Shown: positions 1 to 10,325, numbered from the stretch's first letter. The stretch: DNA of 64,000 bases from a virus (IMGVR_UViG_3300010412_000009:5770-69769), one strand, 5' to 3'. The notes: a model not told the origin generated them from the letters alone. Numbers and translations: made by a program.

Positions 1-440
1 TTAGCAATTTCAACCAATTGATCTAAAGGTAAACTATAATCTAATTTTTCTTTTGGTGATACCATTAATGTTTCCGCGATCTTATTTCTTGATTTTAATC
101 TTTCTTCAATTAATGATACTTTATTAGATAATGCAATGTCAATATGTTTATACTTATTTTCACACTTAACATCTGATACCCATTCTACTAATGGTTTTAA
201 ATTTAAATTACCTTTTATGTTAGTGTAAGTAATCATACATTCAGTAATAAATTCCTTCGCAAATTCTTTATCATACCCTTTGTTCTCAGATAATAAATTA
301 TATATATGATAAACTTTAGCGATAGTGTCGTTTTTTAAAACTAAGTTTTTAAATTCAACAATATTTCTATCAAAAGTTTTTGTTTTGTAAGACTCAACTA
401 ACTTACGTTCAATTTTAGATTTTAATTCACCAAATGTCAT
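1..440 (-). CDS. hypothetical protein, runs off window start (MTFGELKSKIERKLVESY...)
   Basis: ATG at 440 just downstream of portal stop; hand translation of the 5' part is open; ATATTTAT motif upstream at 457-464. Confidence 0.7.
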   Translation of the reverse strand, partial: MTFGELKSKIERKLVESYKTKTFDRNIVEFKNLVLKNDTIAKVYHIYNLLSENKGYDKEFAKEFITECMITYTNIKGNLNLKPLVEWVSDVKCENKYKHIDIALSNKVSLIEERLKSRNKIAETLMVSPKEKLDYSLPLDQLVEIA

Positions 441-463
441 TGTATTATATTTAATCATAAATA

Positions 464-2407
464 TTAGCTTTTTATAAGTTTTTCAATTTCAGTTGAGATT
501 TTATTTAAGTTTTTTGCTTTATTTAACCTATCTAAATTGTATTTTCGTCTCGTTGTTTCTAGAATTAAATTTTTTCTATCTTCTTCGGATTCAGGTGTTA
601 ATTCTTCGGTATTTTCTCCTTCACCGCCTAATTCTCCTTCACCGCCTAATTCTCCTTCACCACCAAGGTCACCACCTAATCCACCGCCTCCGCCAAATTC
701 ACCACCGCCAAATTCACCACCAAGGTCACCACCAAGGTCACCACCGCCAAATTCACCACCAAGGTCACCACCGAATCCACCGCCTCCGCCGAATCCACCG
801 CCTCCGCCAAATTCACCACCTTGTGTTTGTCCCGAAACAACACCTTTACCACCATAAATCCTATCAATGTCGTCAAATATTCCGGTACGTCCAATTACTG
901 ATGCGGTATTTTGAAGTTCGTTGGCAACTGCACGTTCAATTCTCTGTTGTTGTAAATCTAATTTAATGTCTTCATCTGACATATTTAGGAAATGTTTCTT
1001 AGCAAACGAATGTGATAAAGGTTGAATTCCTTCCACAGGTGATACAGCATCTCTATACAACATAATTTTTTCCTTCCATATGTCGTTTTTAAGAATCTCA
1101 GCTTGACTAGATGGGTTTGTTAATGTTAAAACAAAGTTATCCAACTCATCTTCGAATCCCAACAAGAACAAATGAATAATTGCTATTTTATTCAATTCCT
1201 GTAACATACTCTTCTGAATTCGATTGATAGTTCTCGCAAATCTAACGTCCTGTTGTGCCAAATTTTTACCATCACCAACACTTTCTTCCCAACCCAAATA
1301 AGGCTTAGGGATTCTAAGTGCAGTCAATAACTTCTTTTGAATATATTCAATATCGGCAATTTCGGACAAGTTACTAGCCCCTGGTAGTGTATCTATTGGA
1401 CTTGGTGCTCCCATATCTCTAACAGGAATAAAATAATCCTGATCAACTGCCATTTGATTAAATCTTAAATCAGTATTTCCATTTTCATCGACAATTTGAT
1501 CTCGTTTGAATTTATTTGCGACTTTTTGTACGTACTGTTCAGCATCTTTATCATCCATGTTCCCAACAAAGACTTTAAAAATACGTCTTTCAGGTGCTCT
1601 TGATGTACGATAGATTAACATTGCATCTTCTGCAAGTACTAATTGCTTCCATATTCTACGAACTTTTTCTAGCATTGAAGTACCGTATGGTAGTCGTCTA
1701 TCATCACCTAAAAGCCTAAAATGGGCAATTTCCCAAGTTTTAAAAGTCATATTTCTAGACTTCCAATTAAAATGCATTACATCAATATCCTGAGTCCCGC
1801 TAGCGGTCTTATCTGTCTTCATACCAGCCTCAACTCTTTCAATCTCAACTACGGGTAATTGTAAACATCCTGTAACACCATTCTTCTCATCTAATTTTAG
1901 AAACACAAAATTATCCCCATATTTGCAAGTATTTCTTACCCACATAGGTAAATTGGTATTAATATCTAACGCATTGTTAAATAAATCAGCCAAAATAGAT
2001 TTGATTCTTTTTGATTCCGAATATATTTGTAATATATGTCCATTATCATCAGCAGTAGTACTTTCTTCTGAATAGATATCTAAAGCCGCCCCTATTTCAG
2101 GAAAGTATTCCATCGACTCATAATCATAAAACGCAGCCAATCTATTCGGTTCATAATAAACCCCTTGTCCATACAAATTGGTCTCAACTTTAACCCATTG
2201 TTGAGCCATATAATGCGTTTGTTGGGCTTGTAATAACGCAAGTTCATATTCTTGCTTACTTCGTGTCTTTAAAATAACCTCTTTATCAAATGTCTTAAAC
2301 GTTGGGTATTCATCTCCAAGTTGAGAATTTGGACCAAACACACCTGACAATTTTTGCCATATTGTAAGCGGAGCCTGTTGATTATTATTCTGATTATTAT
2401 TTTCCAT
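464..2407 (-). CDS. portal protein, T4 gp20-like, with Gly/acidic low-complexity C-terminal tail
   Basis: motifs LAEDAMLIYRTSRAPERRIFKVFVGNM, DYFIPVR, IDTLPG, ALRIPK typical of gp20 portals; next to terminase. Confidence 0.92.
   Translation of the reverse strand: MENNNQNNNQQAPLTIWQKLSGVFGPNSQLGDEYPTFKTFDKEVILKTRSKQEYELALLQAQQTHYMAQQWVKVETNLYGQGVYYEPNRLAAFYDYESMEYFPEIGAALDIYSEESTTADDNGHILQIYSESKRIKSILADLFNNALDINTNLPMWVRNTCKYGDNFVFLKLDEKNGVTGCLQLPVVEIERVEAGMKTDKTASGTQDIDVMHFNWKSRNMTFKTWEIAHFRLLGDDRRLPYGTSMLEKVRRIWKQLVLAEDAMLIYRTSRAPERRIFKVFVGNMDDKDAEQYVQKVANKFKRDQIVDENGNTDLRFNQMAVDQDYFIPVRDMGAPSPIDTLPGASNLSEIADIEYIQKKLLTALRIPKPYLGWEESVGDGKNLAQQDVRFARTINRIQKSMLQELNKIAIIHLFLLGFEDELDNFVLTLTNPSSQAEILKNDIWKEKIMLYRDAVSPVEGIQPLSHSFAKKHFLNMSDEDIKLDLQQQRIERAVANELQNTASVIGRTGIFDDIDRIYGGKGVVSGQTQGGEFGGGGGFGGGGGFGGDLGGEFGGGDLGGDLGGEFGGGEFGGGGGLGGDLGGEGELGGEGELGGEGENTEELTPESEEDRKNLILETTRRKYNLDRLNKAKNLNKISTEIEKLIKS
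620..820 (-). repeat. GC-rich imperfect repeats encoding GG(E/D/G)(F/L)GG and GGEGEL units in portal tail
   Basis: repeated CCACCGCC/TCACCACC units visible in the DNA. Confidence 0.85.
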
Positions 2408-2444
2408 ACTAAAAAATATAGTTTAATTTAAAGAAAATTAAATA

Positions 2445-4208
2445 CTATTTAATTTTCCCGAATAACCATAAATAGTCTTGATAATCTTTTGGTGTCGTTG
2501 GTCTATTAACAGGTCTTCTCATATGATTTGGTACATATTGCTCAAAACTAGTTGGAGGTCTTAAATTATCATTATCATTGACTGTCCATAGATCGAGTAA
2601 TACTTTGGTTTGTTCATCAACTTTTTGTAATTTGGAGAATGAATTTTCTGCAACATAAGTTGCCATTGCCATACCCTGAATTAAATCGTCGTGATGTCCT
2701 TTTTGATGATCAGGCTTACCATTTCTATAAATAAATGTACCCATTTCATTATGAAGTCTTTGACTATATATCCTAAAACCGTTTCTAATAGCCTCCTCAA
2801 AAGATGCAATTATTTGAACCCTTTTATTGTTATATGAAATTCCGGGTATTTTATCTTGAATATTAGTATTCCACATCACGTCAACTGACTGATTATCGTA
2901 ATATAGGTTTTTATATCCTAACTCAACCAATTTTCGTGAAGTTGCAACACCCATACCACCAGTAATGTCAATAACGATAAAACAAGAATACATAGTAGCC
3001 CATTTATAGGCAATTTCTGCGATGACATCAGGGGGTACTTTGCCTAAATACTCAACAACTTGTTCTCGATTGTCAAAATCAATGATTTGAAATGTCGTAA
3101 AATCTTCACTATCTCCACGACTAACATCTATTGCCATAATGTATTTATGACCAGGAACGGGATCTTTCCAAATCCAAAGAGCATTTCCCATTAGTTTTGC
3201 TTCTGGTTCACATAACATTGTTTTATTAATTTCCTCCAATAATTTGGCATCAAAAACGTTATCACCTGATCCAATAAATGATGATTCTATCTCTTGAGCA
3301 ACTTTTCTCTTATCATATTTTAATTTTTTAACCATATTTTCAAACCAAGTTGAATATGGTGAGTACCCATCATCTATAAGTTTTTTAATCTGAGAAAAAT
3401 CCCTTTCTTCGTACTCTACATGACTAAAATCAATTATATCATATTTACTATCGTCATTAGTATGATGTTCTCTTATGAATTTAATAATATCGTCAGTTTT
3501 CACCATTTTTAAATCTGATGAATATCTAGGATCTTTCCACCATATCAATTCTGTAATCTTAAATTCATTCATATTACGAATTGCCTGGTTATATATCGTA
3601 TAGTATATTGGATCATAACCGTTAGGTGTTGAAATCACAATGATTTTACCTCCCGTAGATAATGACGCCATACAAGCAGCCCAAAAATCATCATCCGCCT
3701 CAATAAACGCCGCTTCATCCATAATAAGAACAGTCGGGGTAAACCCTCTTAACGCGTCTTTAGATGTTGCAACCGCCTTTACTTCTGAATTATTGTGCTT
3801 TAATTTGTAATGCTTTTGAGAGTTCTTCTTATCGTCAAATTCAACACCTAACCAATCAGGCCATTGTCTTGTGAATTCTTTGATTTTGTTCGCCATTTCA
3901 ATTGAAGTGTCCAATTTATTGGCAATTATCAAAATCTTTTCAGGTGATGTTGAACGAGCAAATGATATTTTTTTGGACGCCCAAGCTGCGGTTACCGTTG
4001 AAACACCAGCCTGTCTATATTTCTTAGCGATGTTTTCTTCATACTTTTCGTAATTACTAACTAATTCGATTTGGTCAGGAAATAATTTAAATGGGACATA
4101 CTGTGATATTGTATTATCGTAAGTCTGTAGATAGGTTTCTATTGCGTATATTGAACTTTTTTGACATTTAGCATACTCTAAAAGTATGCGCTCTTTCATG
4201 TTGTTCAT
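2445..4208 (-). CDS. terL: terminase large subunit (T4 gp17-like)
   Basis: Walker A KYRQAGVST, Walker B LIMDEAAFI, ISTPNG motif, nuclease MAIDVSRG and HDDL. Confidence 0.93.
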   Translation of the reverse strand: MNNMKERILLEYAKCQKSSIYAIETYLQTYDNTISQYVPFKLFPDQIELVSNYEKYEENIAKKYRQAGVSTVTAAWASKKISFARSTSPEKILIIANKLDTSIEMANKIKEFTRQWPDWLGVEFDDKKNSQKHYKLKHNNSEVKAVATSKDALRGFTPTVLIMDEAAFIEADDDFWAACMASLSTGGKIIVISTPNGYDPIYYTIYNQAIRNMNEFKITELIWWKDPRYSSDLKMVKTDDIIKFIREHHTNDDSKYDIIDFSHVEYEERDFSQIKKLIDDGYSPYSTWFENMVKKLKYDKRKVAQEIESSFIGSGDNVFDAKLLEEINKTMLCEPEAKLMGNALWIWKDPVPGHKYIMAIDVSRGDSEDFTTFQIIDFDNREQVVEYLGKVPPDVIAEIAYKWATMYSCFIVIDITGGMGVATSRKLVELGYKNLYYDNQSVDVMWNTNIQDKIPGISYNNKRVQIIASFEEAIRNGFRIYSQRLHNEMGTFIYRNGKPDHQKGHHDDLIQGMAMATYVAENSFSKLQKVDEQTKVLLDLWTVNDNDNLRPPTSFEQYVPNHMRRPVNRPTTPKDYQDYLWLFGKIK

Positions 4209-4218
4209 TTATCTCAAT

Positions 4219-5496
4219 TTAGGACAAATTAATACCTAAATCACCTAATAAATTATTAAATTCATCATCGTCATCATTATCCGATGAATATTCATCATGT
4301 TGTTGATTTAATTCTTGAACAATTTCATCAACCATACGATTTAAAATTTCAGTGCCTCTAGGATTTCCTCTCATAATCAATCTCGCCAATTGGAAAAACT
4401 CTTCAGTATCCAAGGCCGAAAATTTTGAAAATAAATAGGTTTGTATCCACTTTTTATCCTCATCATAAAGTTTATTAGGATATGCTTCTCTAAATTTCTC
4501 CCAAAATATTGGACCTAATCTAATATCCCATGTCTCATCTGCCATAGTATCAGTACTTGCCATTACCATCTTTGCTTGTTCAGGATCATCAGGAAGACCA
4601 TGAGTTCCCGCAACGTCCATAACTCCCTTAATAATTTCATGTACCAATATTGGGAATATTATCCCTTTTGCTTTAATTATTGTCTTATCATTTTCTTCAT
4701 CATAATCAACTTCTTCACTACCGGAAACCGATTGTCCCATCATCATAGATACTTGCTCATCAGAAAACATCCAATATGCAATATCTAGTAATGACATTAA
4801 ACTACCATACATATTAACAAGATTCGGATCAAGTCTATCTAGTTCATTTTTAACTAAATTGAACATGTAATGTCCTTTCTTTGCAGATCCTTGTATTAAT
4901 GAATTAATAAATCTTCTTTTTACTTTCTCAAGATTGAAATTATCAAGAGCATCATTTAATTGATCAATGTCAATGTCAGAACTCTGAAATGTATTCATAA
5001 TTTCTTCTTCATCAAAGTCCTCAGGTTCTTTTTTAAAGTTAGACGTATCTATTTCTCCAACACCAACTAATTTAGCGTCGATACTAAAAAACTCATTATC
5101 AACACCCATATCTTTTAATACCAAGTCTACCGCTAAACGTTCTAAATATTCTTTATGTCTAGACTCAATCTGTAAGATATTCATAAGTAGAGATTGTGTC
5201 ATTTGAACCATTTGAATTAATCCGTTCCTTGATGTTGTAAAATTTCTAAGCCCTGTATATTGACTAACTTTACTAACTAAATCCGCAAACCTCTTAGAAG
5301 CCGCCCTTTCTTCAAAGGACATACCACCTTCCCTTCCAGTAGGAATTGCAGGGTTATCTGAAAATGGAGTTTGACCTCTTTCTATCTTACTCTGTAATGA
5401 AGGCTCCATTCTCTCAGGACTATCCCCATAATCAATAGGAGCTTCCAATATTCTCCTATTTATAATATTATCAAGATTATTTTTACTTATTTTCAT
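4219..5496 (-). CDS. hypothetical protein, probably head-associated
   Basis: 425-aa ORF in the packaging operon; leader-like N-terminus ending ILE. Confidence 0.7.
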   Translation of the reverse strand: MKISKNNLDNIINRRILEAPIDYGDSPERMEPSLQSKIERGQTPFSDNPAIPTGREGGMSFEERAASKRFADLVSKVSQYTGLRNFTTSRNGLIQMVQMTQSLLMNILQIESRHKEYLERLAVDLVLKDMGVDNEFFSIDAKLVGVGEIDTSNFKKEPEDFDEEEIMNTFQSSDIDIDQLNDALDNFNLEKVKRRFINSLIQGSAKKGHYMFNLVKNELDRLDPNLVNMYGSLMSLLDIAYWMFSDEQVSMMMGQSVSGSEEVDYDEENDKTIIKAKGIIFPILVHEIIKGVMDVAGTHGLPDDPEQAKMVMASTDTMADETWDIRLGPIFWEKFREAYPNKLYDEDKKWIQTYLFSKFSALDTEEFFQLARLIMRGNPRGTEILNRMVDEIVQELNQQHDEYSSDNDDDDEFNNLLGDLGINLS

Positions 5497-5497
5497 A

Positions 5498-6169
5498 TTA
5501 TTTATTGAAAATTGACCCGTATCTTAACCAAGAAGGTAATGACGATTTAGGTTCTTGACCTGCCTTTGGGTTAGGTTTATGTTTAGGTTTGAAAGGATTT
5601 TTCTTATCTGGTTTTGGAGTAGTAATACCTGGCTTAACATCTGGTTTTGTTTTAGGCGGGGCAGGTGCAATTTCTTGTTCCATAGTCTCACTTTTTTTAC
5701 CCTTTATATAACTTTCCAGATCTTTCTTCTTAATTGAAGGTTTAATTTCTTTCTTAACCATTTCGACAATAAACTTTTCAATCATTAAATCCTCATTCAT
5801 CGTTTTCTTAACATCCTTCACACATCTCTCATATTTTCTTTTCTGAGCTTTAGTCCAATCACTTCGTTTAGATGTTCCAAATTCATCAGCCATTTGACTT
5901 GTACAAATTGCCCAAGGATTATTCTTATCCTTACCTTTTTTCTTTTCAGTCATTTCACCCTCATAAGTCATATAAGGACGTTTTTCTCTTTGAGCGATTT
6001 TTTCTGCATCTGAATTTGCAGGGACTTTAAGTACACCAGTTGTCTCATTCTCTGAAATCAATCTACTATGTAGTAGATTAATCTGATGTTCATTTAATTT
6101 GGATATAGATGTCTTTGACAATCCAAATTTTAATAACTCTTTACGTTTATTGTTTGTCATAATCAACAA
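5498..6169 (-). CDS. hypothetical protein with Lys/Pro-rich C-terminus
   Basis: ORF tightly packed in operon. Confidence 0.65.
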   Translation of the reverse strand: MLIMTNNKRKELLKFGLSKTSISKLNEHQINLLHSRLISENETTGVLKVPANSDAEKIAQREKRPYMTYEGEMTEKKKGKDKNNPWAICTSQMADEFGTSKRSDWTKAQKRKYERCVKDVKKTMNEDLMIEKFIVEMVKKEIKPSIKKKDLESYIKGKKSETMEQEIAPAPPKTKPDVKPGITTPKPDKKNPFKPKHKPNPKAGQEPKSSLPSWLRYGSIFNK

Positions 6170-6551
6170 TTTGTTTAAAAATTAAATCTCTTGCATATAA
6201 TTTATCGACAACCGAATCATACGGCTCTCCAAATCTAAAATACAATCTATCCTTATTTTCAGGACACGTATCATAACTCTCCCACGCTAACGCCACAATA
6301 CCATCCACAGCCTCATACATTGAAAACACATACGAATCCTGAATTAATTCCAGATCAACTTTTGGTGTTTGTAGTTCATATACTTTTGAAATGTATTTAA
6401 TATCTGGAGGTTCAGGGTTTGAATTCGCAGGAATTTCATCCCATCCTTCACCCCATATTTCAAGTTCAATACTATTATCACCAAATATAAATTCATAGGT
6501 ATACTCACCTTTATGATTAACACCCAATGAATTTACAAAAATTAATTTCAT
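6147..6551 (-). CDS. hypothetical protein
   Basis: ORF overlapping both neighbours. Confidence 0.65.
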   Translation of the reverse strand: MKLIFVNSLGVNHKGEYTYEFIFGDNSIELEIWGEGWDEIPANSNPEPPDIKYISKVYELQTPKVDLELIQDSYVFSMYEAVDGIVALAWESYDTCPENKDRLYFRFGEPYDSVVDKLYARDLIFKQIVDYDKQ

Positions 6552-7006
6552 TTTTTATTTAACCAATTTTTCATTAGACGATAAAATTTTATTGTTGTAT
6601 CAGGTTTTTTCTTATGATATAATGATGTTTCTTCAAAAGAATCAAAATCAATATCATCAGAATCAAATCCATCGGATACCAACATATCATAAACTTTATC
6701 GTAATTAATTTTACCATAATGATCCTCTTTTAGATCATTGGATTCATTTTGTTTAACTATAGAACCCTTACCTTTTGGCCAATTCTTTTTAGCTCTCAAA
6801 GCAAATAATATTTCACTTTCTTTTTCTTTTATTTTCTGAGGTACTTTTTTCCCCTCTTTCTGATATTTTTCACTTTCTCTCTTCAACTTAGAAAGTTCTT
6901 TTCTTAACTCACCAAGTGTTTTATCTGAATGCTCACCAGTTTTCTTAACCTCGACATCCTTATCCCATTTTTCTGTAATTTCTACCTTTTTTTTCGGACT
7001 TTTTTT
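6548..7006 (-). CDS. probable -1 frameshift C-terminal extension of the 6982..8052 protein
   Basis: frame is open from 7006 (after a TAA) through two A-runs; reads VEITEKWDKDVEVKKTGEH... well upstream of the weak TTG at 6886. Confidence 0.65.
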   Translation of the reverse strand, partial: KKSPKKKVEITEKWDKDVEVKKTGEHSDKTLGELRKELSKLKRESEKYQKEGKKVPQKIKEKESEILFALRAKKNWPKGKGSIVKQNESNDLKEDHYGKINYDKVYDMLVSDGFDSDDIDFDSFEETSLYHKKKPDTTIKFYRLMKNWLNKK

Positions 7007-8052
7007 TTACCGCCATCCTCCAAATAACTTAAAATTACTTGATCCACAGTACTTTCAATAAACAATTCATTCATAATTGATTCCAAAAATGCATCATCAT
7101 CATCATCACCTTCCTTAGGTTCTTCCACCTTCTTTTTTGGTTTGATATCAACATCTTCAATATCCGAATCAGATTCTAAGTCTGAATCAATATCTGCATC
7201 CATATCATCACCCATATCTGCATCCACATCTATGTTTTCAGAATTTTCGAAATTATCTAAAATTTCGTCTTTATCATCTTCATCTAAATTATTTAAATTA
7301 AGCGCAGATAAAATTGAATTTAGAACATATTTAATTTCTTTTGATTCAAGATTTTTACTTTCTTCGTAAGTTCTAATTTTTTGACCCAATTTTCCTACCA
7401 ATTTTTGAATTCCCTTATAGGTAACCATTTCATCATCCTCCATATCATCGGCAGGCATTTCATCACCCATATCACCTCCCATATCATCGGCAGGCATTTC
7501 ATCACCCATATCACCTCCCATATCATCGGCAGGCATTTCATCACCCATATCACCTCCTAAATCACCTCCCATATCATCAGCTGGCATTTCACCACCTGAC
7601 CCTTGTGGTTGTGGTGATGGAAGATCTAAATCAGGTAAATCCATATCTGAAGCATCTGCCGATGGTTCAGGTCTTGGTGTTTTAAGAACATATTTCTTTT
7701 GTTCGCCAAATAAAGAAACACCATCTTTATTCCCGTGAATCTCATTAAGTTCACGTGCCAATAAATTCAATTTTCTTAGTGCTTTTGAATATGATGACGA
7801 ATATTTTCTATTTTCGATAGGTGACAAATATTCTGTCTTACTTTCATCAACTCTTCTCTTTATAATATAACCCAACTTTTCATGAACAATTTCATACTCA
7901 CGCCCATCTGCCAATACTCTTGAGTATACATCTTTACTGGTTTCATTAACTGGTTGAGGAATTGTTTCCTTATATCTTGCAATTTCAAGAATTCTCTTTA
8001 TTTTTGCATCCCCAGTTAGTTTTTCACTACCAATAGGTTTTAAATCTGACAT
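6982..8052 (-). CDS. acidic repeat-containing protein, possibly prohead core/scaffold-like
   Basis: 356 aa, Asp/Met/Gly repeats, located in head module. Confidence 0.6.
   Translation of the reverse strand: MSDLKPIGSEKLTGDAKIKRILEIARYKETIPQPVNETSKDVYSRVLADGREYEIVHEKLGYIIKRRVDESKTEYLSPIENRKYSSSYSKALRKLNLLARELNEIHGNKDGVSLFGEQKKYVLKTPRPEPSADASDMDLPDLDLPSPQPQGSGGEMPADDMGGDLGGDMGDEMPADDMGGDMGDEMPADDMGGDMGDEMPADDMEDDEMVTYKGIQKLVGKLGQKIRTYEESKNLESKEIKYVLNSILSALNLNNLDEDDKDEILDNFENSENIDVDADMGDDMDADIDSDLESDSDIEDVDIKPKKKVEEPKEGDDDDDAFLESIMNELFIESTVDQVILSYLEDGGKKKVRKKR
7440..7556 (-). repeat. three 39-bp tandem repeats encoding a 13-aa MPADDMGGDMGDE unit, plus a degenerate further copy
   Basis: unit CCATATCATCGGCAGGCATTTCATCACCCATATCACCTC repeated on + strand. 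Confidence 0.9.
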
Positions 8053-8067
8053 AATCTATGTTTTTAA

Positions 8068-8247
8068 TTAAGAATTTAATCCGTTAAAGCCACCAAGAGT
8101 CACAGATGTTAATTGTACAATAGTATTACCACTACCATCCATCATTACAGGATGTGGTACAACTACCTCTCGTACAGTTTCAGTGCCACCGCTAACGCAC
8201 TTGACACACACTTTATAATCATAAGTCCCTGAGCTCAATGTTGACAT
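8068..8247 (-). CDS. small 59-aa protein missed by the ORF track (MSTLSSGTYDYKVCVKC...LGGFNGLNS)
   Basis: hand-translated; fills the gap; ATATTTAT motif at 8263-8270 upstream. Confidence 0.65.
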   Translation of the reverse strand: MSTLSSGTYDYKVCVKCVSGGTETVREVVVPHPVMMDGSGNTIVQLTSVTLGGFNGLNS

Positions 8248-8287
8248 AACTCATTTTTATATATAAATATTAATTATTCGTTATAAA

Positions 8288-9028
8288 TTATCCTAATGAC
8301 AAATTTTTATCTAAAATATTATTTTTATAATCAAACAGTTTTTGAATATATCCATTTCTTCTAAGTACCTTAAATGTTAGATTTTCATATGATGTTTCAC
8401 CACTTGTTTCCAAACCTTTTGACCTATAACTTTTAAGTTTATCTTTCAATCGTTGTATTCTATCAATAATAACATCAATATATTCAGGAGACAAGTCTTT
8501 TGTTTCCTGAATTAACTCATCAATTTTTTCCGTCCAAGATTTAACTTTATCTGATAATAATTTCTCATCAATGGTAAAATCACTTTGTTTTGATGGTTTT
8601 TTTACCCAAGTATCAAACACTAAAGAATATATTCCTGAACTATAATGCTCTTCATTAGAATCTTGAACATAAACTTCAACATCATGTTTGAAAATTTTTA
8701 TCTGATGATTTAAATTGAATAGGATTTTTTTTAGTCTAAAAATTTCCTCCAAAAGTTCCACTTGATCTTCGGGAAATTGTTGATAATTAATAACAATGTG
8801 AAGATCAACATCAGAATAATCAGACCAATTATAATTTACCAAAGATCCTGTTAATATCACATCATCAACAAAAACATCAAGTCCAATAAAATTAATGAAT
8901 TCATACGCAATTTCTAAAAGTCTATTACGTATTGAACCATTAATGGAATTACCTGTCTCATCCCAAAATTTAGGATAAAGATCAGATTTGAACTCAAGAC
9001 TTTGTATTATACTCGAATTATTTGGCAT
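8288..9028 (-). CDS. Pol-beta superfamily nucleotidyltransferase
   Basis: GS...SDVDLH (GSx10DxD) motif and downstream VEVYV strand. Confidence 0.75.
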   Translation of the reverse strand: MPNNSSIIQSLEFKSDLYPKFWDETGNSINGSIRNRLLEIAYEFINFIGLDVFVDDVILTGSLVNYNWSDYSDVDLHIVINYQQFPEDQVELLEEIFRLKKILFNLNHQIKIFKHDVEVYVQDSNEEHYSSGIYSLVFDTWVKKPSKQSDFTIDEKLLSDKVKSWTEKIDELIQETKDLSPEYIDVIIDRIQRLKDKLKSYRSKGLETSGETSYENLTFKVLRRNGYIQKLFDYKNNILDKNLSLG

Positions 9029-9051
9029 ACCTTATAAATATAAATACTTCC

Positions 9052-9294
9052 TTAAATCTTTTTGTATTTATACTTTTTGGAGATATTCTTATGGAAAAAA
9101 CTTCCCTGAGATTCAGACATTCTAAATTTTGTATACATACTGTGAGGGACATTATCATACTGATATCTTACACCAGTCTTGAATTCAACCACCAACTCGC
9201 TTGTACTTGTATCATACTCAGTCTTAACAATATTACTTGACTTAATCTCGTTAATGATTTTAGTACCTTCAATCTGTTCTTTTACAATACCCAT
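9052..9294 (-). CDS. KTSC domain protein
   Basis: SSNI...YD...LVVEF..G.RY.Y.NVP...S.GSFF pattern. Confidence 0.85.
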   Translation of the reverse strand: MGIVKEQIEGTKIINEIKSSNIVKTEYDTSTSELVVEFKTGVRYQYDNVPHSMYTKFRMSESQGSFFHKNISKKYKYKKI

Positions 9295-9382
9295 AATTGA
9301 AAAATTTTGATAATTTAATTATTTGTCGTACATTTGCTATATATATCACACAATATAATATTTATAAATACAATCTAATATT

Positions 9383-10297
9383 ATGAAGTTTATCATAAAG
9401 GAAAGTCAACTAAGTGTATTATTATCTGAAAATGAGGATATTGATAATATTAACTATAGCGACAAGGAATTGTCAGATATGATATTCTCAAAATTAAATG
9501 GATATCGTCAAGAATTGGTGGATGAAGTTAAGTATGGAATATATGATATCCTCAGATTAATTAAAATATATAGGAGGCAAACTAAATTAGACATAACCAC
9601 AACCAAATTCTATCAAAATAGTTTAAAGAGTTCCGATATTTTATTGAAATATGGTATTATTTCATATTCTGAACACAATTCCTTTGGTAAAAAACTTCTT
9701 ACCAGATCCTTAAATTTAGTTTATGATGATGAAGGAAATTGGGATATTATAAATAAATTGAATACTAACTACACTGCACTCGCCAGGATAATTACAGATA
9801 TATTAATGGAAAATCTATCCAAACCAAATACAAGTGAAAAATTTCAAAATTTTATTAACGATATCTTACATTCCGAAACTTTAAAAGAAAAAAACATAGG
9901 TTATAAGTTAAAAAAATTATTAAAATGGTACTTTACACCTAAAAGGTTGGGATTATTAAAAAATTATACCCATATGATTTCTGACACATCATCTAGTGGT
10001 GATAATAGTGAACATCACATATCAAATTTTTTAGAAAGTAAAGGTTATGAGATTTTAGACATTCCAGGTGAAGGTAATTTTGTTGACATGATGTATTCTA
10101 TTGATATGATAGTAAAAACACCAAAAGGTAATGTTGTCACAATTCAAATAAAAACAAGTGAATTTCAATTAAATAATTTTATACAAGATAAACTGAATAA
10201 TCCGAGCAGTAAAAAGTATAGATATGTTGATATTATATTAATACCATATAAAAATGGTATTAAAGGATATAATTTTAATTTAAATAAAGAGATATAA
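9383..10297 (+). CDS. leader-bearing protein with possible PD-(D/E)xK nuclease-like C-terminus
   Basis: N-terminus MKFIIKESQL..LLSE; C-terminal E...IDMIV...IQIK pattern. Confidence 0.5.
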   Translation: MKFIIKESQLSVLLSENEDIDNINYSDKELSDMIFSKLNGYRQELVDEVKYGIYDILRLIKIYRRQTKLDITTTKFYQNSLKSSDILLKYGIISYSEHNSFGKKLLTRSLNLVYDDEGNWDIINKLNTNYTALARIITDILMENLSKPNTSEKFQNFINDILHSETLKEKNIGYKLKKLLKWYFTPKRLGLLKNYTHMISDTSSSGDNSEHHISNFLESKGYEILDIPGEGNFVDMMYSIDMIVKTPKGNVVTIQIKTSEFQLNNFIQDKLNNPSSKKYRYVDIILIPYKNGIKGYNFNLNKEI

Positions 10298-10325
10298 AAA
10301 AACCCCTCAAATTTGAGGGGTTTTC
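10295..10325. terminator. bidirectional intrinsic terminator
   Basis: A-run, AAAACCCCTCAAA/TTTGAGGGGTTTT hairpin, T-run between convergent genes. Confidence 0.85.

Noticed and set aside
493-966. Plus-strand His-rich and Pro-rich ORFs (493..966, 537..857)
   Set aside because: Antisense shadows of the Gly-repeat portal tail
7440-7590. 39-bp tandem repeats as a possible CRISPR array
   Set aside because: No spacers, in-frame coding repeats, no cas genes in the window
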